Of a stretch of 64,000 nucleotides of DNA, positions 1 to 9,858 are shown piece by piece. A program made the translations under genes and the position numbers. The DNA comes from Acidobacteriota bacterium (GTDB lineage: Bacteria; Acidobacteriota; Vicinamibacteria; Vicinamibacterales; 2-12-FULL-66-21), in the NCBI GenBank assembly GCA_046735335.1, contig JBKPTE010000015.1, positions 16,183 to 80,182 of the forward strand. Direction: 5' to 3'. Each line of letters begins with the position of its first letter. Within the stretch, counting starts at the first letter, position 1. Below the pieces are notes generated by a model, which made no database searches, was not told where the DNA came from, and saw only the letters and a program-made list of their open reading frames with translations.

Positions 1-2
1 TC

Positions 3-281
3 ACGGCGATTACCGTCGACGAGGAGATCATCAAGCTGCGCGATCTGGAGAACGTCAGCTCCGTCCTGGTGACGCACCAGCTTCGCGACGCGTTCTACGT
101 CGCGGAACACACCGCCATGCGCAACGGCGACGACGTCCGCTTCGAGCGCGCGCAGGCGGCGAAAGCGGACGAGGCGGAGTTCATCATGCTGCGCGACGGC
201 GGGATCGCGTTCGAAGGCAACGCTGCCGAGCTGCGCGCGCATGCCGCGGTCGATCCCTACATTGCCGCGTTTCTGTCGTAG
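3..281 (+). CDS. ABC transporter ATP-binding protein, MlaF/Mkl-like (5' truncated by window)
   Basis: Open frame from base 3 (TAITVDEEIIKLRDLENVSSVLVTHQL) with H-loop VTH; directly upstream of an MCE gene. Confidence 0.75.
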   Translation, partial: TAITVDEEIIKLRDLENVSSVLVTHQLRDAFYVAEHTAMRNGDDVRFERAQAAKADEAEFIMLRDGGIAFEGNAAELRAHAAVDPYIAAFLS

Positions 282-332
282 GTCTTCCTTCCGGTTGGAG
301 CCGGAAGCACGAATTGTCTCGAGGAGAGTGTC

Positions 333-1373
333 ATGCCGCGGACGCGTTCGCTGGCCTGGTCGGAGCTGAAGATTGGGATCCTCGCCGTCGTCGCGATCGT
401 GTTGACCGCGATGATCATCATCGCCGTGGGCGGGCAGACCGGCTTCGCGTGGGAGCGCTACGAGCTGAAGACGACGTTCGACAACGTGCAGGGGCTCAAG
501 AGCGGCGCGATCGTGCGCGTGGCGGGCGTCGAGGTAGGAAAGGTCACCGACGTCGACTTTGCCGGCGCGGCCGTGCAGGTCACGCTGTCGGTGCGCAAGG
601 ACATGCGATCCCGGATCACGACCGACTCGCGCGCGTCGATCGGATCGTTGAGCCTGCTGGGGGAGCCGGTCATCGACATCACGCCGTCGGCGACCGGCAC
701 GCCGCTCAACAGCGGTGACTTCATCCAGGCGGGACGCGCGCAGGGCCAGATCTCCGACGTCGCGGCGAGCGCGAGCGCGGGGCTCGAACAGGCCACGGCG
801 CTCCTGAAAGATCTCAGGGCGGGCAAGGGAACGATGGGCAAGCTGTTCACGGATCAACAGCTCTACACGGACATCGACGCGTTCGTGTCGTCCGCACAGG
901 TCGTTGCGGGCTATCTCTCGAAGGGGCAGGGCACGCTCGGCATGCTGGTGCGGGATCCCGCGGCCTACCGGCAGCTGAATGGTGCGCTCACGAACCTGCA
1001 GCAGATGACCCAACGCATCAACGCGGGCGAGGGGAGCCTCGGGCAGTTCCTCAAGGACGACAAGCTGGCGCGTTCGCTCAGCTCCGCGTCGGGTAACATC
1101 GATCAGATCACCGGACGCTTGAACAAGGGGGAAGGGACGGCAGGGAAGCTGCTGACGGAAAAGGAGCTGTACGACCGGCTGAACGCCACCGCGGCGCGCG
1201 TCGAGACGCTGACCACGAATCTGAATCAGGGGCAGGGGACGGCGGGACAGCTGCTGCGGGACAAGCAGTTGTATGACAATATGAATGCGGCCGCGAGCGA
1301 GCTTCGCGGGCTCATTGCGGACATTCGAAAAGACCCGAAGAAGTACTTGAACGTGCGAGTGAGCATTTTCTAG
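333..1373 (+). CDS. MlaD/MCE family lipid transport protein with long helical repeats
   Basis: N-terminal TM, MCE signature GLKSGAIVRVAGVEVGKV and LLGE, repeated GxGTxGxL segments; GAGGAG RBS. Confidence 0.9.
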   Translation: MPRTRSLAWSELKIGILAVVAIVLTAMIIIAVGGQTGFAWERYELKTTFDNVQGLKSGAIVRVAGVEVGKVTDVDFAGAAVQVTLSVRKDMRSRITTDSRASIGSLSLLGEPVIDITPSATGTPLNSGDFIQAGRAQGQISDVAASASAGLEQATALLKDLRAGKGTMGKLFTDQQLYTDIDAFVSSAQVVAGYLSKGQGTLGMLVRDPAAYRQLNGALTNLQQMTQRINAGEGSLGQFLKDDKLARSLSSASGNIDQITGRLNKGEGTAGKLLTEKELYDRLNATAARVETLTTNLNQGQGTAGQLLRDKQLYDNMNAAASELRGLIADIRKDPKKYLNVRVSIF

Positions 1374-1416
1374 CGAGGGCCGCGCCGCGAGCGAGGCGCG
1401 CAGCGGGGAACTGCAT

Positions 1417-1713
1417 ATGGCACGCGATGACAACGGAGCGGGAACCGTCATTCTGGCCTTCGTCCTGGGCGCCGTGACCGGCGCGGCCGTCGCGCTCCTG
1501 CTCGCGCCGGCATCAGGCGAGGAAGTGCGGCGGCTGCTCGGCGAGAAGGCGCGCGAAGGGCGGGACCGGGCAGGCGAGGCGGCGCGGCAGGGACGCGAGG
1601 TGTGGAACCGCCAGCGCGAGACGATCACGAATGCGTTCGAGCGCGGCCGCGAGGCTTACGAGCAGGCGCGCCGCGCGCAGCCACCGGGCTCCCCCTCCGG
1701 GGAGGAGATGTGA
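1417..1713 (+). CDS. YtxH domain-containing protein
   Basis: FVLGAVTGAAVALLLAPASGEEVRR signature. Confidence 0.85.
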   Translation: MARDDNGAGTVILAFVLGAVTGAAVALLLAPASGEEVRRLLGEKAREGRDRAGEAARQGREVWNRQRETITNAFERGREAYEQARRAQPPGSPSGEEM

Positions 1714-2135
1714 GCGACTGGAGTCCCATCTTCCTCGGCGTCATCGCCATGGCGACGCTCGTGATGGCCGTGATCCAGGTCGGCGCGATCGTGTTTGCCG
1801 CGCGCCTCGGCCGCCAGTTGCAGCAGCTCGCCGCGAGCGTGCAGCAGGACATCCGTCCGCTCATCGCGCGCGTGAACACGATCGCCGAGGAAGCAACCAC
1901 GACCGCGGCCCTCGCGACCGCGCAGGCGCAGAAGATCGATCGGCTCGTGACCGATCTCACTCGCCGCGTCGACGAGACGAGCGCGATCGTGCAGGAAGCG
2001 ATCATCGTGCCGGCGCGCGAGGGCATGGCGCTCGTCGCCGCGCTCAAGGCCGGGCTCGGCGTGCTGCGCACTATCCGCTTTCAACGCCGACGCGCTGGAC
2101 GCGTCGAAGACGAGGACGCGCTCTTCATCGGATGA
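1710..2135 (+). CDS. Membrane-anchored coiled-coil protein (DUF948-like)
   Basis: GTG at 1710 overlaps the YtxH stop (GTGA); TM followed by helical region. Confidence 0.65.
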   Translation: MSDWSPIFLGVIAMATLVMAVIQVGAIVFAARLGRQLQQLAASVQQDIRPLIARVNTIAEEATTTAALATAQAQKIDRLVTDLTRRVDETSAIVQEAIIVPAREGMALVAALKAGLGVLRTIRFQRRRAGRVEDEDALFIG

Positions 2136-2255
2136 GGGCGGGTTGGAGGTTGGTGGCTGCCGGTTGGAGGATGGAGGTTCCGCGTTTGACCTCTGCCGCT
2201 GGCGGTGATAGAAACGAGCACACCACATCGCGGTTATACTCTGGGGGGAGTACTT

Positions 2256-2810
2256 ATGGCGACCGTTCTTGCCCGATTTGTCCCGGCGGCCGCGTGCGTC
2301 GTGGCTGCCGCGTTTCTCGCTCCGTCCGGCGCCGCGGCGCAGGATGCGAAATCCCCGGAGGCCGTCAAGCAACTCACGCAGCTGCTCGATCAGCAGAAGC
2401 TCGATAGCATCGCCGCGCCCGATCCGCAGAACCCCGGCACCTATAGCGCTGCGCTCTACTTCCCCGGCACGCAGCTCCTCGTCGTCTCCGCCAAGTACGC
2501 GGCGCCGCCGCTGATGAACGAGAAGATCGGCAAGAAAGATTATCGCGACGTGTACATCGATCTCAGCTCCGCCTCGGTGGCCGGATCGAAGCTGTTCGTG
2601 ATGGACACCGGCGCGGACGGATTGAAGGCCAAGCCCGGCGACGATCAGCCGTTCGATTCGGTCGAACGCGCCGGCTCGCAGATCGCGCTCGACGGCGACT
2701 GGAAGAAAGCGAAGATGAGCGAGACCGATTACATGAAGGCGTTTTCGGACGTCGACGGCGCATACACGCACGCCGTCGAGCTGCTGATCAACCAATTGAA
2801 AGGCTCGTAG
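2256..2810 (+). CDS. Secreted hypothetical protein
   Basis: GGAG RBS, ATG 2256, signal peptide ending AAAQ, natural composition. Confidence 0.75.
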   Translation: MATVLARFVPAAACVVAAAFLAPSGAAAQDAKSPEAVKQLTQLLDQQKLDSIAAPDPQNPGTYSAALYFPGTQLLVVSAKYAAPPLMNEKIGKKDYRDVYIDLSSASVAGSKLFVMDTGADGLKAKPGDDQPFDSVERAGSQIALDGDWKKAKMSETDYMKAFSDVDGAYTHAVELLINQLKGS

Positions 2811-2863
2811 CGCGTTGCCGCATCCGGACGGATGCGGTACACTCATCGTCTCTCCTTTGGCCC

Positions 2864-2938
2864 GGGCGCTTGGCTCAGCGGTAGAGCATCGCCTTCACAC
2901 GGCGGGGGTCAGTGGTTCGAATCCACTAGCGCCCACCA
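2864..2938 (+). tRNA. tRNA-Val(CAC)
   Basis: GGGCGCT acceptor pairing with AGCGCCC, anticodon loop TT-CAC-AC, GGTTCGAATCC T arm, encoded CCA. Confidence 0.96.
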
Positions 2939-2969
2939 CCCTCCGCTCGCAATTTCAGGCGGAGGTTGC

Positions 2970-2998
2970 CCACCGAAGCGCTTCGCGCGAAGGTGGGC
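2970..2998. repeat. Imperfect hairpin repeat CCACCGAAGC...GAAGGTGG downstream of tRNA
   Basis: Stem-loop similar to the copies at 38901-38935 and 39853-39888. Confidence 0.5.
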
Positions 2999-3062
2999 CC
3001 GGCCTCCTCGCGTTCTCCTCGAGCCGCCACACCCACACCGCTGCTCCCTGTAGGATGTCACC

Positions 3063-4400
3063 ATGCCGGACTCACGCGGATCCAGAGTGTCGCGCGAATC
3101 CCGACTGCTGCTGCTCACCGTCGCCGTGTGCGCGATGGTGCTGCTGCTGTTGGCGCGCCTGCGATTTCCAAACGCTCCTCCCGTCGTCGAGGCTCCGGCA
3201 CCCGCGCCGCTGGAACGACTGGCGGCGCGTGCGTCGTACGATGCGCTTGCGAGCGACATCGAGAAGGTCGAGCCGCGGATCGCGCCGAATCTCATCGTGC
3301 TGCGCGTCACGCCTCGGGCACCCGCCGACCCGCGCGGGATCCGCGACGCGCTCGCACCGTCCGGTGCCGCGCCAGGCGTGCGCCACGTCGCCGCGCTGCG
3401 CATCGGCGAGGAAACGGCGGTCGCAGCGCTCGATGCCGGGACCCGCATCGACGGCATCATCGGCGGGGACGAGGCGGGCACTGCCGCCGTCCTTGCCACG
3501 AATCCGTTCCGGCGGCTGGCGCGCCTGCGCGTGCCGAAAGCAGCGGCGCGGCAGCTCTCGCAGCTGCCGTTGAGTTCGCTCGAGACGCCCTCGTACGTCG
3601 TTGCCGTAGAGGGAACGCAGGCCGGTGTGACGTTGAGGCCCGTGTTTCTCGGGCGGGGCGATCGCTTCGGATCGCGCCGATGGACGCAGCCCCTTCTTCC
3701 GCTGGGCGGTGTTGCCGTGACCCCTGGCGCACTGATCTTCTCGCTGGCGGGCGATTTCATCGGCACGGTCGTGACGGAAGACGGAGCGGCCGCGATTGCC
3801 GGCGCGCGTGACGTGCTCGACACGGCGGCCGCGCTGACGACTGGCGTCCCATCCCCGCCGGCGGATCTCGGCATCAGCGTTCAGCCGTTGACATCCCGAC
3901 TCATGACCGCCCTTGGAGTGCAGCGGGGTGTAGTGATTTCTGACGTCGCCGCGGGAGCACCCGCCGATGGCAAGCTCCAGCCGGCGGACGTGATCACGGG
4001 GGTCGACGACTGGTCTACGAACGATCCCGACGAGCTCCTGATGCGTTTCTCAGCGCAGCGTCCTGGCGTTACGGTGACGATCGCGTTCGTCCGCAACCAC
4101 CAGCCGCGGACGGTCGCCATCACGCTGCCCGGAGACAACACCTCGCGCGCGGCGCAATCGTTGCGGCTTTCCATCGAGCCAGGCATCGGCACGCGCATCG
4201 ACGCGAGCGGGGAGGCCGAAGACGCGCTGGCCGCGGGGGATGTCATCACGCGCGCGGGATCGATTGACGCTCCGACACCGCGTCAGGTGCGCGCCATCCT
4301 GTCGCAGCCGGGGTTCGCCATCCTCGTGGTCCGCCGTGATTGGCGCCAGCGGGTGGTGGCCGTTCCGGTGACCGCAGCGGTCGATGCCGCGATCAGGTGA
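3063..4400 (+). CDS. Membrane-anchored PDZ protein with degenerate HtrA-like protease domain
   Basis: TM; HtrA-like layout (GALIFSLAGDFIG), PDZ motifs LGISVQ and GKLQPADVITGVD; no GNSGG catalytic motif. Confidence 0.65.
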   Translation: MPDSRGSRVSRESRLLLLTVAVCAMVLLLLARLRFPNAPPVVEAPAPAPLERLAARASYDALASDIEKVEPRIAPNLIVLRVTPRAPADPRGIRDALAPSGAAPGVRHVAALRIGEETAVAALDAGTRIDGIIGGDEAGTAAVLATNPFRRLARLRVPKAAARQLSQLPLSSLETPSYVVAVEGTQAGVTLRPVFLGRGDRFGSRRWTQPLLPLGGVAVTPGALIFSLAGDFIGTVVTEDGAAAIAGARDVLDTAAALTTGVPSPPADLGISVQPLTSRLMTALGVQRGVVISDVAAGAPADGKLQPADVITGVDDWSTNDPDELLMRFSAQRPGVTVTIAFVRNHQPRTVAITLPGDNTSRAAQSLRLSIEPGIGTRIDASGEAEDALAAGDVITRAGSIDAPTPRQVRAILSQPGFAILVVRRDWRQRVVAVPVTAAVDAAIR

Positions 4401-5538
4401 ATGGCCCGAGCTGGGCGTCGACGCGCTGGATGCGGCGGTCGGCCCGCCGGCCAGACGCTGGCCCTGGCGCTGGCCGCCTCGCCGGCGTCCTGCGCTCGGC
4501 ATTCAGGCGACGGCCGCGCCGTCGTTCCTTTACGTGGCCGCCGGCGTACTGCTCGGTCCTGCCGGGCTCGACGTTCTCACCCCGGTCGTGCTCGACCAGA
4601 CGCAAGTACTTCCGTGGATCAGCCTCGCGGTCATCGGCGTGTACATCGGCCTTGGCCTCTCGGGTGAAGACGATTCGCGACGCGAGACGCTGATCGGCGC
4701 AGCGATCGTCTCCGCCATCACCATCGCCGTGGTGGGCTTCGGTCTGTTCGTGCTGGCTCGTCGCGCGAACATCCACCTGACGGGACATCTTCCTACCGCG
4801 GCGTTCCTGGTGGGGCTGTGCGCATCGGTTTCAGCGGCGGCTCCGGCGATGGAGCATCGCGGCCGTCAGGTGCGGCGCGCCGCACGCTTCGCAGATCTGG
4901 ACGATTTGCCCCTCGTGTTGCTCGGCGCGGCGGTGATCGCGGCGCTTGCAGGCCCTCCCGTGTCATTGCGCGTGATCGCGACCTTCCTTGGAGGCGGCAC
5001 GATCGGGCTCGCGGGCTGGCTGCTTCTCGAGCGCGCGGATCAATCCGAGCGCGGCCTCTTCGTGGCGGGTGCGGTGCTGCTGCTGGCGGGGATCGCCGCG
5101 TACCTGGGCACATCACCGCTGCTGAGCGGAATCGCGGCGGCGATCGTGTGGGTCCGGGCTCCCGGCGCCGCCGATCGCATCACCGCCCGTGACTTGCGCG
5201 TGCTGCAGCATCCGCTCGTTGCGCTCCTGCTCGTGTACGCCGGCGCGATGGTTCGCTGGCACGTCGCCACGATCTGGGTGGCAGCGTGCATTCTGATCCT
5301 GCGGATCGCCGCAAAGCTCCTCGCGAGCGTGGCGGCCGCGCGTATGGCCGATGTTTCGCCTGCGCTGCTGGCGACCGTGCTGCTGCCGCCGGGCATCATG
5401 GGCATCGCCCTCGCCGTCAACGTCGTGCTCGTCGCGCCCGGGGCGTTCCACTGGGTGCTCTCGTCGATCACCGTGGCCGCGGTCGTGGCCGACGTTCTGG
5501 CGGCGTTTCTTCCGGATGTCCACGAGGACCCCGCGTGA
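4384..5538 (+). CDS. Cation/H+ antiporter-like (CPA family) membrane protein A
   Basis: Multi-TM; GVLLGPAGL, LDD and SPLL motifs. Confidence 0.7.
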   Translation: MPRSGEWPELGVDALDAAVGPPARRWPWRWPPRRRPALGIQATAAPSFLYVAAGVLLGPAGLDVLTPVVLDQTQVLPWISLAVIGVYIGLGLSGEDDSRRETLIGAAIVSAITIAVVGFGLFVLARRANIHLTGHLPTAAFLVGLCASVSAAAPAMEHRGRQVRRAARFADLDDLPLVLLGAAVIAALAGPPVSLRVIATFLGGGTIGLAGWLLLERADQSERGLFVAGAVLLLAGIAAYLGTSPLLSGIAAAIVWVRAPGAADRITARDLRVLQHPLVALLLVYAGAMVRWHVATIWVAACILILRIAAKLLASVAAARMADVSPALLATVLLPPGIMGIALAVNVVLVAPGAFHWVLSSITVAAVVADVLAAFLPDVHEDPA

Positions 5539-6812
5539 TCGCGAGGGTCGGCGCGCTGCTGCTCATCGTCGCGACGATGACGCTCGTCCAACGCGTCGGT
5601 CCGCCTGCCGCCGCATCGACGGTCTCCCTCCCATTGGGGTTCGCGGTAATCGCCGCGTACCTTCTCGGTCTCGGCGTCGAGCGCATCAACCTGCCTCGCC
5701 TCAGCGGGTACTTGCTCTTCGGGCTGTTGTGCGGACCCGATTTGCTGAACCTGATCACGTCTACGATGGCCCGTGACCTGCAGATCGTGAACGGCCTCGC
5801 CCTCGCGCTGATTGCGCTGGTCGCAGGCCTCGAGCTGAACGTTCGCGCCATACGCGCGCAGCTGCGCAACGTGCTGGTCATCGGCAGCGTCGTCATGCTC
5901 GGTACCGTCTTCGTCCTGACGATCGTCCTCTGGGCTGCATGGCCGATCCTGCCGTTCGGGGGCGCGACCTCGGGGTACGAACGGATCGTGGCGGCCACGA
6001 TCACGGCGGGGCTCGTCGCGAGCTTCTCGCCGACCGTGACGATCGCGGTCATCGCGGAAACACGATCGCGTGGCCCGCTGACGCAGCTCGTGATGGCCGT
6101 CGTCATCATGGCGGATCTGCTGCTGATCTTCATGTTCGCGCTGACGACGCAATTTGCGCGATGGACCGGCGGCGCGGCGCCGGCCACCGTCGGCGTGGGG
6201 CCGCAGCTCTCGTGGGACATTCTGGGATCGCTCGCGTTCGGGGGCATCGTCGGCGCAGCATTCGCGGCATACCTGCGGCTCGTGAGACGAGAGATCACGC
6301 TGGCGCTGCTGGCCGTCTGTGCGCTGCTCGCGCTCCTCGCGCCGGTGCTCCACCTCGAGCTCATTCTCACCGCGCTTGCGGCAGGGCTCGTCGTCGAGAA
6401 CGTCGCGCCGCCGGAAGGGGACGAGCTGCGGACGGCCATCGAACGGGGTGCGCTGCCGGTCCTGGTGGCGTTCTTCGCTGCCGCCGGCGCATCGCTGCGG
6501 CTCGACGTGCTGGCCGCGCTCGGCGGCATCGCGCTGTTCCTCGCGCTGCTGAGACTCGGACTGATCTGGGGACTTTCAGAATGGTCTGTCCGGCGGCGAT
6601 CGGGGGAGGGACCGCTGCGTCTCGTCTGGATGGGCCTCATCTCGCAGGCCGGCGTGACGCTCGGTCTCGCGACGCTCGTAGCGGCGGAATTCCCGGCGTG
6701 GGGTTCCCCGGTGCGCACGCTCGTCATCGCGCTGACCGGCCTTCACATTCTGATCGGTCCCATCCTGTTCAAGGCTGCGCTGCAGCGCGCCGGAGAGCTC
6801 GATCGGGCGTGA
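5535..6812 (+). CDS. Cation:proton antiporter (CPA2-like) B
   Basis: GTG overlapping the upstream stop; LPRLSGYLLFGLLCGP, AGLEL, SPTVTIAVI, QAGVTLGL. Confidence 0.85.
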   Translation: MIARVGALLLIVATMTLVQRVGPPAAASTVSLPLGFAVIAAYLLGLGVERINLPRLSGYLLFGLLCGPDLLNLITSTMARDLQIVNGLALALIALVAGLELNVRAIRAQLRNVLVIGSVVMLGTVFVLTIVLWAAWPILPFGGATSGYERIVAATITAGLVASFSPTVTIAVIAETRSRGPLTQLVMAVVIMADLLLIFMFALTTQFARWTGGAAPATVGVGPQLSWDILGSLAFGGIVGAAFAAYLRLVRREITLALLAVCALLALLAPVLHLELILTALAAGLVVENVAPPEGDELRTAIERGALPVLVAFFAAAGASLRLDVLAALGGIALFLALLRLGLIWGLSEWSVRRRSGEGPLRLVWMGLISQAGVTLGLATLVAAEFPAWGSPVRTLVIALTGLHILIGPILFKAALQRAGELDRA

Positions 6813-6818
6813 TCGGCG

Positions 6819-7670
6819 CTACCGCCGCTTCTCAGGTACGCGCCGCTGGCCGGCGCCGTCGTAGCTGTGATCCTTCGGGTCGATCTGACGCATGGGGCGC
6901 TCGCGTTGGCGCTCTTCCTGCGCGTGCGCGGTGATGCCGGGCACGCGCGAGACGATGAACAGCGCGTTGGCGATTTCGGGCGGAATGCCGATGTCCCCGC
7001 AGACAGCGGCAATCGCGCCGTCGATGTTCACCGGGACGCGCTGGCCCTCGGGCAGTTCGGCGGCGACCAGCTCCACGGCGCGAATCATCTGGATGTGCGC
7101 CCCCTCGGCCTCGAGCTCCAGCGCCATCTGGAACAGCCGCGCCGCGCGCGGGTCGCGCGTGTGGAACCGGTGCCCGAACCCGGGGATCTGTTCACCGGCT
7201 TCGAGGCACTTCTGGACGATCGTGCGGGCGGCGTCCTTGTACGAGCTGCCGCGCCGCACCAGCTCGAGGCCGGCGTCGAGGAACTGCATGCAGCTCTCGA
7301 TGTCGCCGCCGTGGAAGCGGCCGAAGCCGAGCACGCCCGCGGCCACGCACGCGCGCAGCGGCGCGCCGGTGGTGGCCGTGTTGCGGGCCGCAAGCGTCGA
7401 GGGCGGCGTCGCCCCGTGGTCGATGAAGGACACCAGCATCGCCTCCATCAGGCTGCCGATCGACGGGGACGGCACCTCGCCCATGAGCAGCAGATAGATG
7501 GCTTCGCCGAACGTCAGCCGGCCCATCATCTCGTCCAGCGGATAGCCGCGCACGAGGATCTTGTTCGGCTCGATGCACGTGAGCGCGGTGCGCCACTTCT
7601 CTTCGTGGCCGCCCGACGGCAGCGCGCCGACGGCGGTTGCAGAAGGGCCGGGTCGACGTGTCTTCGCCAT
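6819..7670 (-). CDS. Citryl-CoA lyase / citrate synthase-like protein
   Basis: ILVRGYPL, DHG, HGG, PGFGH...DPR and NIDG motifs; ATG 7670. Confidence 0.85.
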   Translation of the reverse strand: MAKTRRPGPSATAVGALPSGGHEEKWRTALTCIEPNKILVRGYPLDEMMGRLTFGEAIYLLLMGEVPSPSIGSLMEAMLVSFIDHGATPPSTLAARNTATTGAPLRACVAAGVLGFGRFHGGDIESCMQFLDAGLELVRRGSSYKDAARTIVQKCLEAGEQIPGFGHRFHTRDPRAARLFQMALELEAEGAHIQMIRAVELVAAELPEGQRVPVNIDGAIAAVCGDIGIPPEIANALFIVSRVPGITAHAQEERQRERPMRQIDPKDHSYDGAGQRRVPEKRR

Positions 7671-7672
7671 GA

Positions 7673-8296
7673 CTACACCGTCCCGTACAGCCGATCGCCG
7701 AAATCTCCGAGCCCGGGCACGATGAACTTGTGCGCGTTCAGCTCCCGATCGATTGCTGGGGTGTAGATGCGCACGCGCGGATGGCAACGCTCGACCAGCG
7801 CGACGCCTTCGGGCGCGGCCACGATGCAGATCAGTCGGATGTCGCGGGCGCCAGCGTTCTTCAACAATCCCAGCGCCGCGACGGCGCTTCCACCCGTCGC
7901 CAGCATCGGATCGATCATCAGTACCACGCTTTCCTCCAGCGCGCGCGGCAGCTTCGCATAGTACTGCGACGCGATGGCGGTAATCTCGTCGCGCTGCAGG
8001 CCGATGTGCCCCACACGTGCGCCGGGGATCAGCTCCAGCACGGCGTCGAGCATGCCGAGGCCCGCGCGCAGCACGGGGACGACGACGACGTCCGCCGCCA
8101 GGCGCCGTCCGTCCGCGGATGCCAGCGGCGTCTGCACGGCGACCGCTTCCGACGGCAGATCGCGCGTGGCTTCGGCTGCGAGCAGGAGGCTGATGCGCAC
8201 CGCCATCCGACGGAACAGTTCCGGCGCCGTGGCCGCATCGCGCAGCGTCACGAGCGCATCGTGCACGAGCGGATGATCCACCAGATGCACGGGCAC
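7673..8296 (-). CDS. upp: Uracil phosphoribosyltransferase
   Basis: VLRAGLGM, DPMLATGGS, IVPGLGDFGDRLYGT. Confidence 0.97.
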   Translation of the reverse strand: MPVHLVDHPLVHDALVTLRDAATAPELFRRMAVRISLLLAAEATRDLPSEAVAVQTPLASADGRRLAADVVVVPVLRAGLGMLDAVLELIPGARVGHIGLQRDEITAIASQYYAKLPRALEESVVLMIDPMLATGGSAVAALGLLKNAGARDIRLICIVAAPEGVALVERCHPRVRIYTPAIDRELNAHKFIVPGLGDFGDRLYGTV

Positions 8297-8318
8297 GGGG
8301 GAACTATACAACACACTC

Positions 8319-8405
8319 GATTGCAGACTGCCGATTGCAGATTGCCGATTGAATTGACGATTGGGGATTGGGGATTGGGGAGTGGATTGGGGATTGGGGA
8401 TTGGC
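8319..8405. repeat. Heptamer tandem repeats (GATTGCM / GATTGGG)
   Basis: Repeated GATTGNN units between divergent genes. Confidence 0.85.
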
Positions 8406-8451
8406 GCAAACCGGGCGGAGCGCCGGCGCAGTATAGAATCGGCTGAACTCG

Positions 8452-9858
8452 ATGCAATTCTGGCGATGGCTCGTTCTCCTCTCGACTGTGGTGCTCGCCG
8501 CGGCGCAGACGCCCGTGCGGCGGCCGGTGTCGCTGATTGTGACGCACGGCACGGTCGTGACGGTCGATGCGAACCGGCGCGTCATCGAGAACGGCGCGGT
8601 GGCGATCGACGGGCGCGACATCGCGGCCGTCGACACGAGTGACGCGATCGACGCACGCTTCTCGGCGTCGGACACGATCGACGCGACCGGCGCGGTCGTC
8701 ATGCCAGGGCTGATCAACACGCACACGCACGCGCCGATGGTCCTCTATCGCGGGCTCGCCGACGACCTCGCCCTGATGGACTGGCTGCAGAAGTACATCT
8801 TTCCTGCGGAAGCGAAGACGGTTTCTCCGGAGTTCGTCCGTGCCGGCACACGGCTGGCCGCGCTGGAGATGATCGAGTCCGGCACGACGACCTACGCGGA
8901 CATGTATTACTTCGAGGAGGAAGTCGCCCGCGCCACGAAAGCCGCAGGGCTGCGCGGCGTGCTCGGAGAAACCATCATCCAGTTTCCCGTGCCCGACGCG
9001 AAAACGCCGGCGCAGGGGATCGCGCGCGCCGAGACGTTCGTCCGCGAGTTCCAGGGCGACGACCTGATCACGCCCGCGATCGCGCCGCACGCGATGTATA
9101 CCCTCGATACCGAGACGCTGAAGGCATGCCGGAGGTTTGCGGATTCGTTCGCTACGCCCGTCATCATTCACGTGGCGGAGACGGAGGCCGAGGTTCAGGC
9201 CTCGCAGGAGAAGTTTGGCAAGACGCCCGTCGCCTACCTCGAGTCGATCGGCTTCTGGGGACCGCGGACGCTCGCAGCCCACGGCGTGCACGTCACGCAG
9301 GCCGACATCGACGTGCTGGCCCGGCGGCGCGTCGCCGTCTCGCACAATCCCGAGAGCAACATGAAGCTGGCGAGCGGCACGGCGCCCGTGATCGCGATGC
9401 GCAAGGCCGGCGTGACGGTCGCGCTCGGCACCGACGGCGCGGCCAGCAACAACGACCTCGACATGTTCGAGGCCATGCGGCAGGCCGCATTCCTGCACAA
9501 GTTGGTCTCCGGAGACCCGCGCGCGATTCCGGCGCCCACGGCAGTAGAGATGGCGACGATCGACGGCGCCCGCGCGCTCGGAATGGATCGCGAAATCGGG
9601 TCGCTCGAGCCTGGCAAGCGCGCCGATGTGATCGTGGTTTCGATGCAGTCCGCGCGCCAGACGCCGATGTACGACCCCTTGTCCCACCTCGTCTACGTCA
9701 CCCGCGGCGACGACGTGCGCACGACGATCGTGAATGGCCGCGTCCTCATGCGCGACAGAAAGGTCCTGTCGCTCGACCGCGCACACGTCCTCTCCGACGC
9801 GCGTGGCTTCGCCGCCCGGGTGCGCGAGGCCGTCGGGCCCGAAGGCGTCAAGCGATGA
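8452..9858 (+). CDS. Amidohydrolase, MTA/SAH deaminase (MtaD)-like, with signal-peptide-like N-terminus
   Basis: PGLINTHTH, APH, HVAET, AHGV, HNPESNMKLASG, GTDGAASNN. Confidence 0.88.
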   Translation: MQFWRWLVLLSTVVLAAAQTPVRRPVSLIVTHGTVVTVDANRRVIENGAVAIDGRDIAAVDTSDAIDARFSASDTIDATGAVVMPGLINTHTHAPMVLYRGLADDLALMDWLQKYIFPAEAKTVSPEFVRAGTRLAALEMIESGTTTYADMYYFEEEVARATKAAGLRGVLGETIIQFPVPDAKTPAQGIARAETFVREFQGDDLITPAIAPHAMYTLDTETLKACRRFADSFATPVIIHVAETEAEVQASQEKFGKTPVAYLESIGFWGPRTLAAHGVHVTQADIDVLARRRVAVSHNPESNMKLASGTAPVIAMRKAGVTVALGTDGAASNNDLDMFEAMRQAAFLHKLVSGDPRAIPAPTAVEMATIDGARALGMDREIGSLEPGKRADVIVVSMQSARQTPMYDPLSHLVYVTRGDDVRTTIVNGRVLMRDRKVLSLDRAHVLSDARGFAARVREAVGPEGVKR

